A DNA stretch of 64,000 nt from Bugula neritina (taxonomy: Eukaryota > Animalia > Bryozoa): positions 21,530,628 through 21,594,627 of the forward strand of contig OZ037767.1 of the NCBI GenBank assembly GCA_964035545.1, in the 5' to 3' direction. The position numbers were made by a program, and so were the translations under genes. The notes beneath the pieces are model-generated. The model searched no databases and was not told where the DNA came from. It saw nothing but the letters and a program-made list of their open reading frames with translations. Shown piece by piece: positions 63,345-64,000 of the stretch. Each line of letters starts with the position of its first letter. Within the stretch, counting starts at the first letter, position 1.

Positions 63345-63890
63345 ATGATTAACTTTTAAGTTCAACTTTAACTTTAAGTTTCACTTTGAGTTTCAGCTTG
63401 AGTTTGTATTTAGTTTTACTATTAGTTTAACTATTAAAGTTTTAGTTTTGTTTTGTTATAAATGAGTTAGTGTTAGTTTTAACTAGTATAACTATAAGCA
63501 TAGTTGTATGTATAAGTATTAGTATTAGTATTACTATCAACATCATTTTGATTTTCTATCAGATTTGCTTTAACTTTTACGTTTTAAGTTGTAGCTTATG
63601 CTTCGGCTTAGGCTTAGAGTTAGCTTTTTGGTAATACTAATACTAATAGTAATGGTTACTAGTAATACTAATACTAATGGCAATGATGTAATACTAATTA
63701 CATTGATGTAATTACATTTACTTTTAGAGTTACTAATACTATAACTATAAGCATTGCCATTAGTAATAGTTGTATTTTTACTTTTAGTATAGACCAACTC
63801 CAGGTCACTAAATTTAAGTAAATAATCTTAATAAATATAAAATTAATAGTAAAACTAATAGTAATGGTAATACTAAAGATTTTACGACTG
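63345..63890. repeat. Degenerate 6-bp-periodic tract (aacttt/gagttt/actaat/agtaat)
   Basis: Strong hexamer phasing with non-identical units. Confidence 0.78.
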
Positions 63891-64000
63891 ATAATAATGT
63901 TGCGCAGGGTTGAAAAGATATGCTGAAGACATTCTGTAGTAATGCTAGCTAAGGTTTATTAGTAGCATCTTCTTGCCTGGTGGGTTTGTCATTTTTAGCG

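Noticed and set aside
63098-64000. Possible first exons of a plus-strand gene at the right edge
   Set aside because: Plausible (ATG at 63098, acceptor at 63907), but no consistent reading frame or homology is visible; not reported as a CDS.

Overview
AT-rich eukaryotic (invertebrate animal, probably lophotrochozoan) genomic DNA with small GT-AG exons. I rebuilt gene models by hand from splice sites and reading phase. Genes found: (+) ric-8/synembryn at 2430-14869; a two-exon orphan ORF (+) at 15708-16605; a four-CUB SOL-1-like gene (-) at 28330-18074 whose C-terminus looks like a GPI signal; LRRIQ3 (+) at 34422-42855, head-to-head with the CUB gene; an FMRFamide-receptor-like class A GPCR (-) at 49060-44238; and a gene (-) at 61455-53744 with DPR repeats and three matrin/U1-type zinc fingers. 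Mobile DNA: an intact BEL/Pao gag ORF running off the left edge (missed by the ORF track); a 7.4-kb decayed AcademX transposon (XPG-like + Cys-rich) in a ric-8 intron, carrying a Harbinger MITE and a 3.5-kb TIR element; nested MITEs; two copies of a tRNA-derived SINE; a 274-bp hammerhead-ribozyme repeat; many intronic minisatellites. The most unusual signal is a set of degenerate 6-bp-periodic tracts next to every apparent promoter. One of them contains back-to-back fold-back palindromes whose arms differ by exactly 6-nt indels. There is also a ~125-nt hairpin at the 5' end of the zinc-finger gene.
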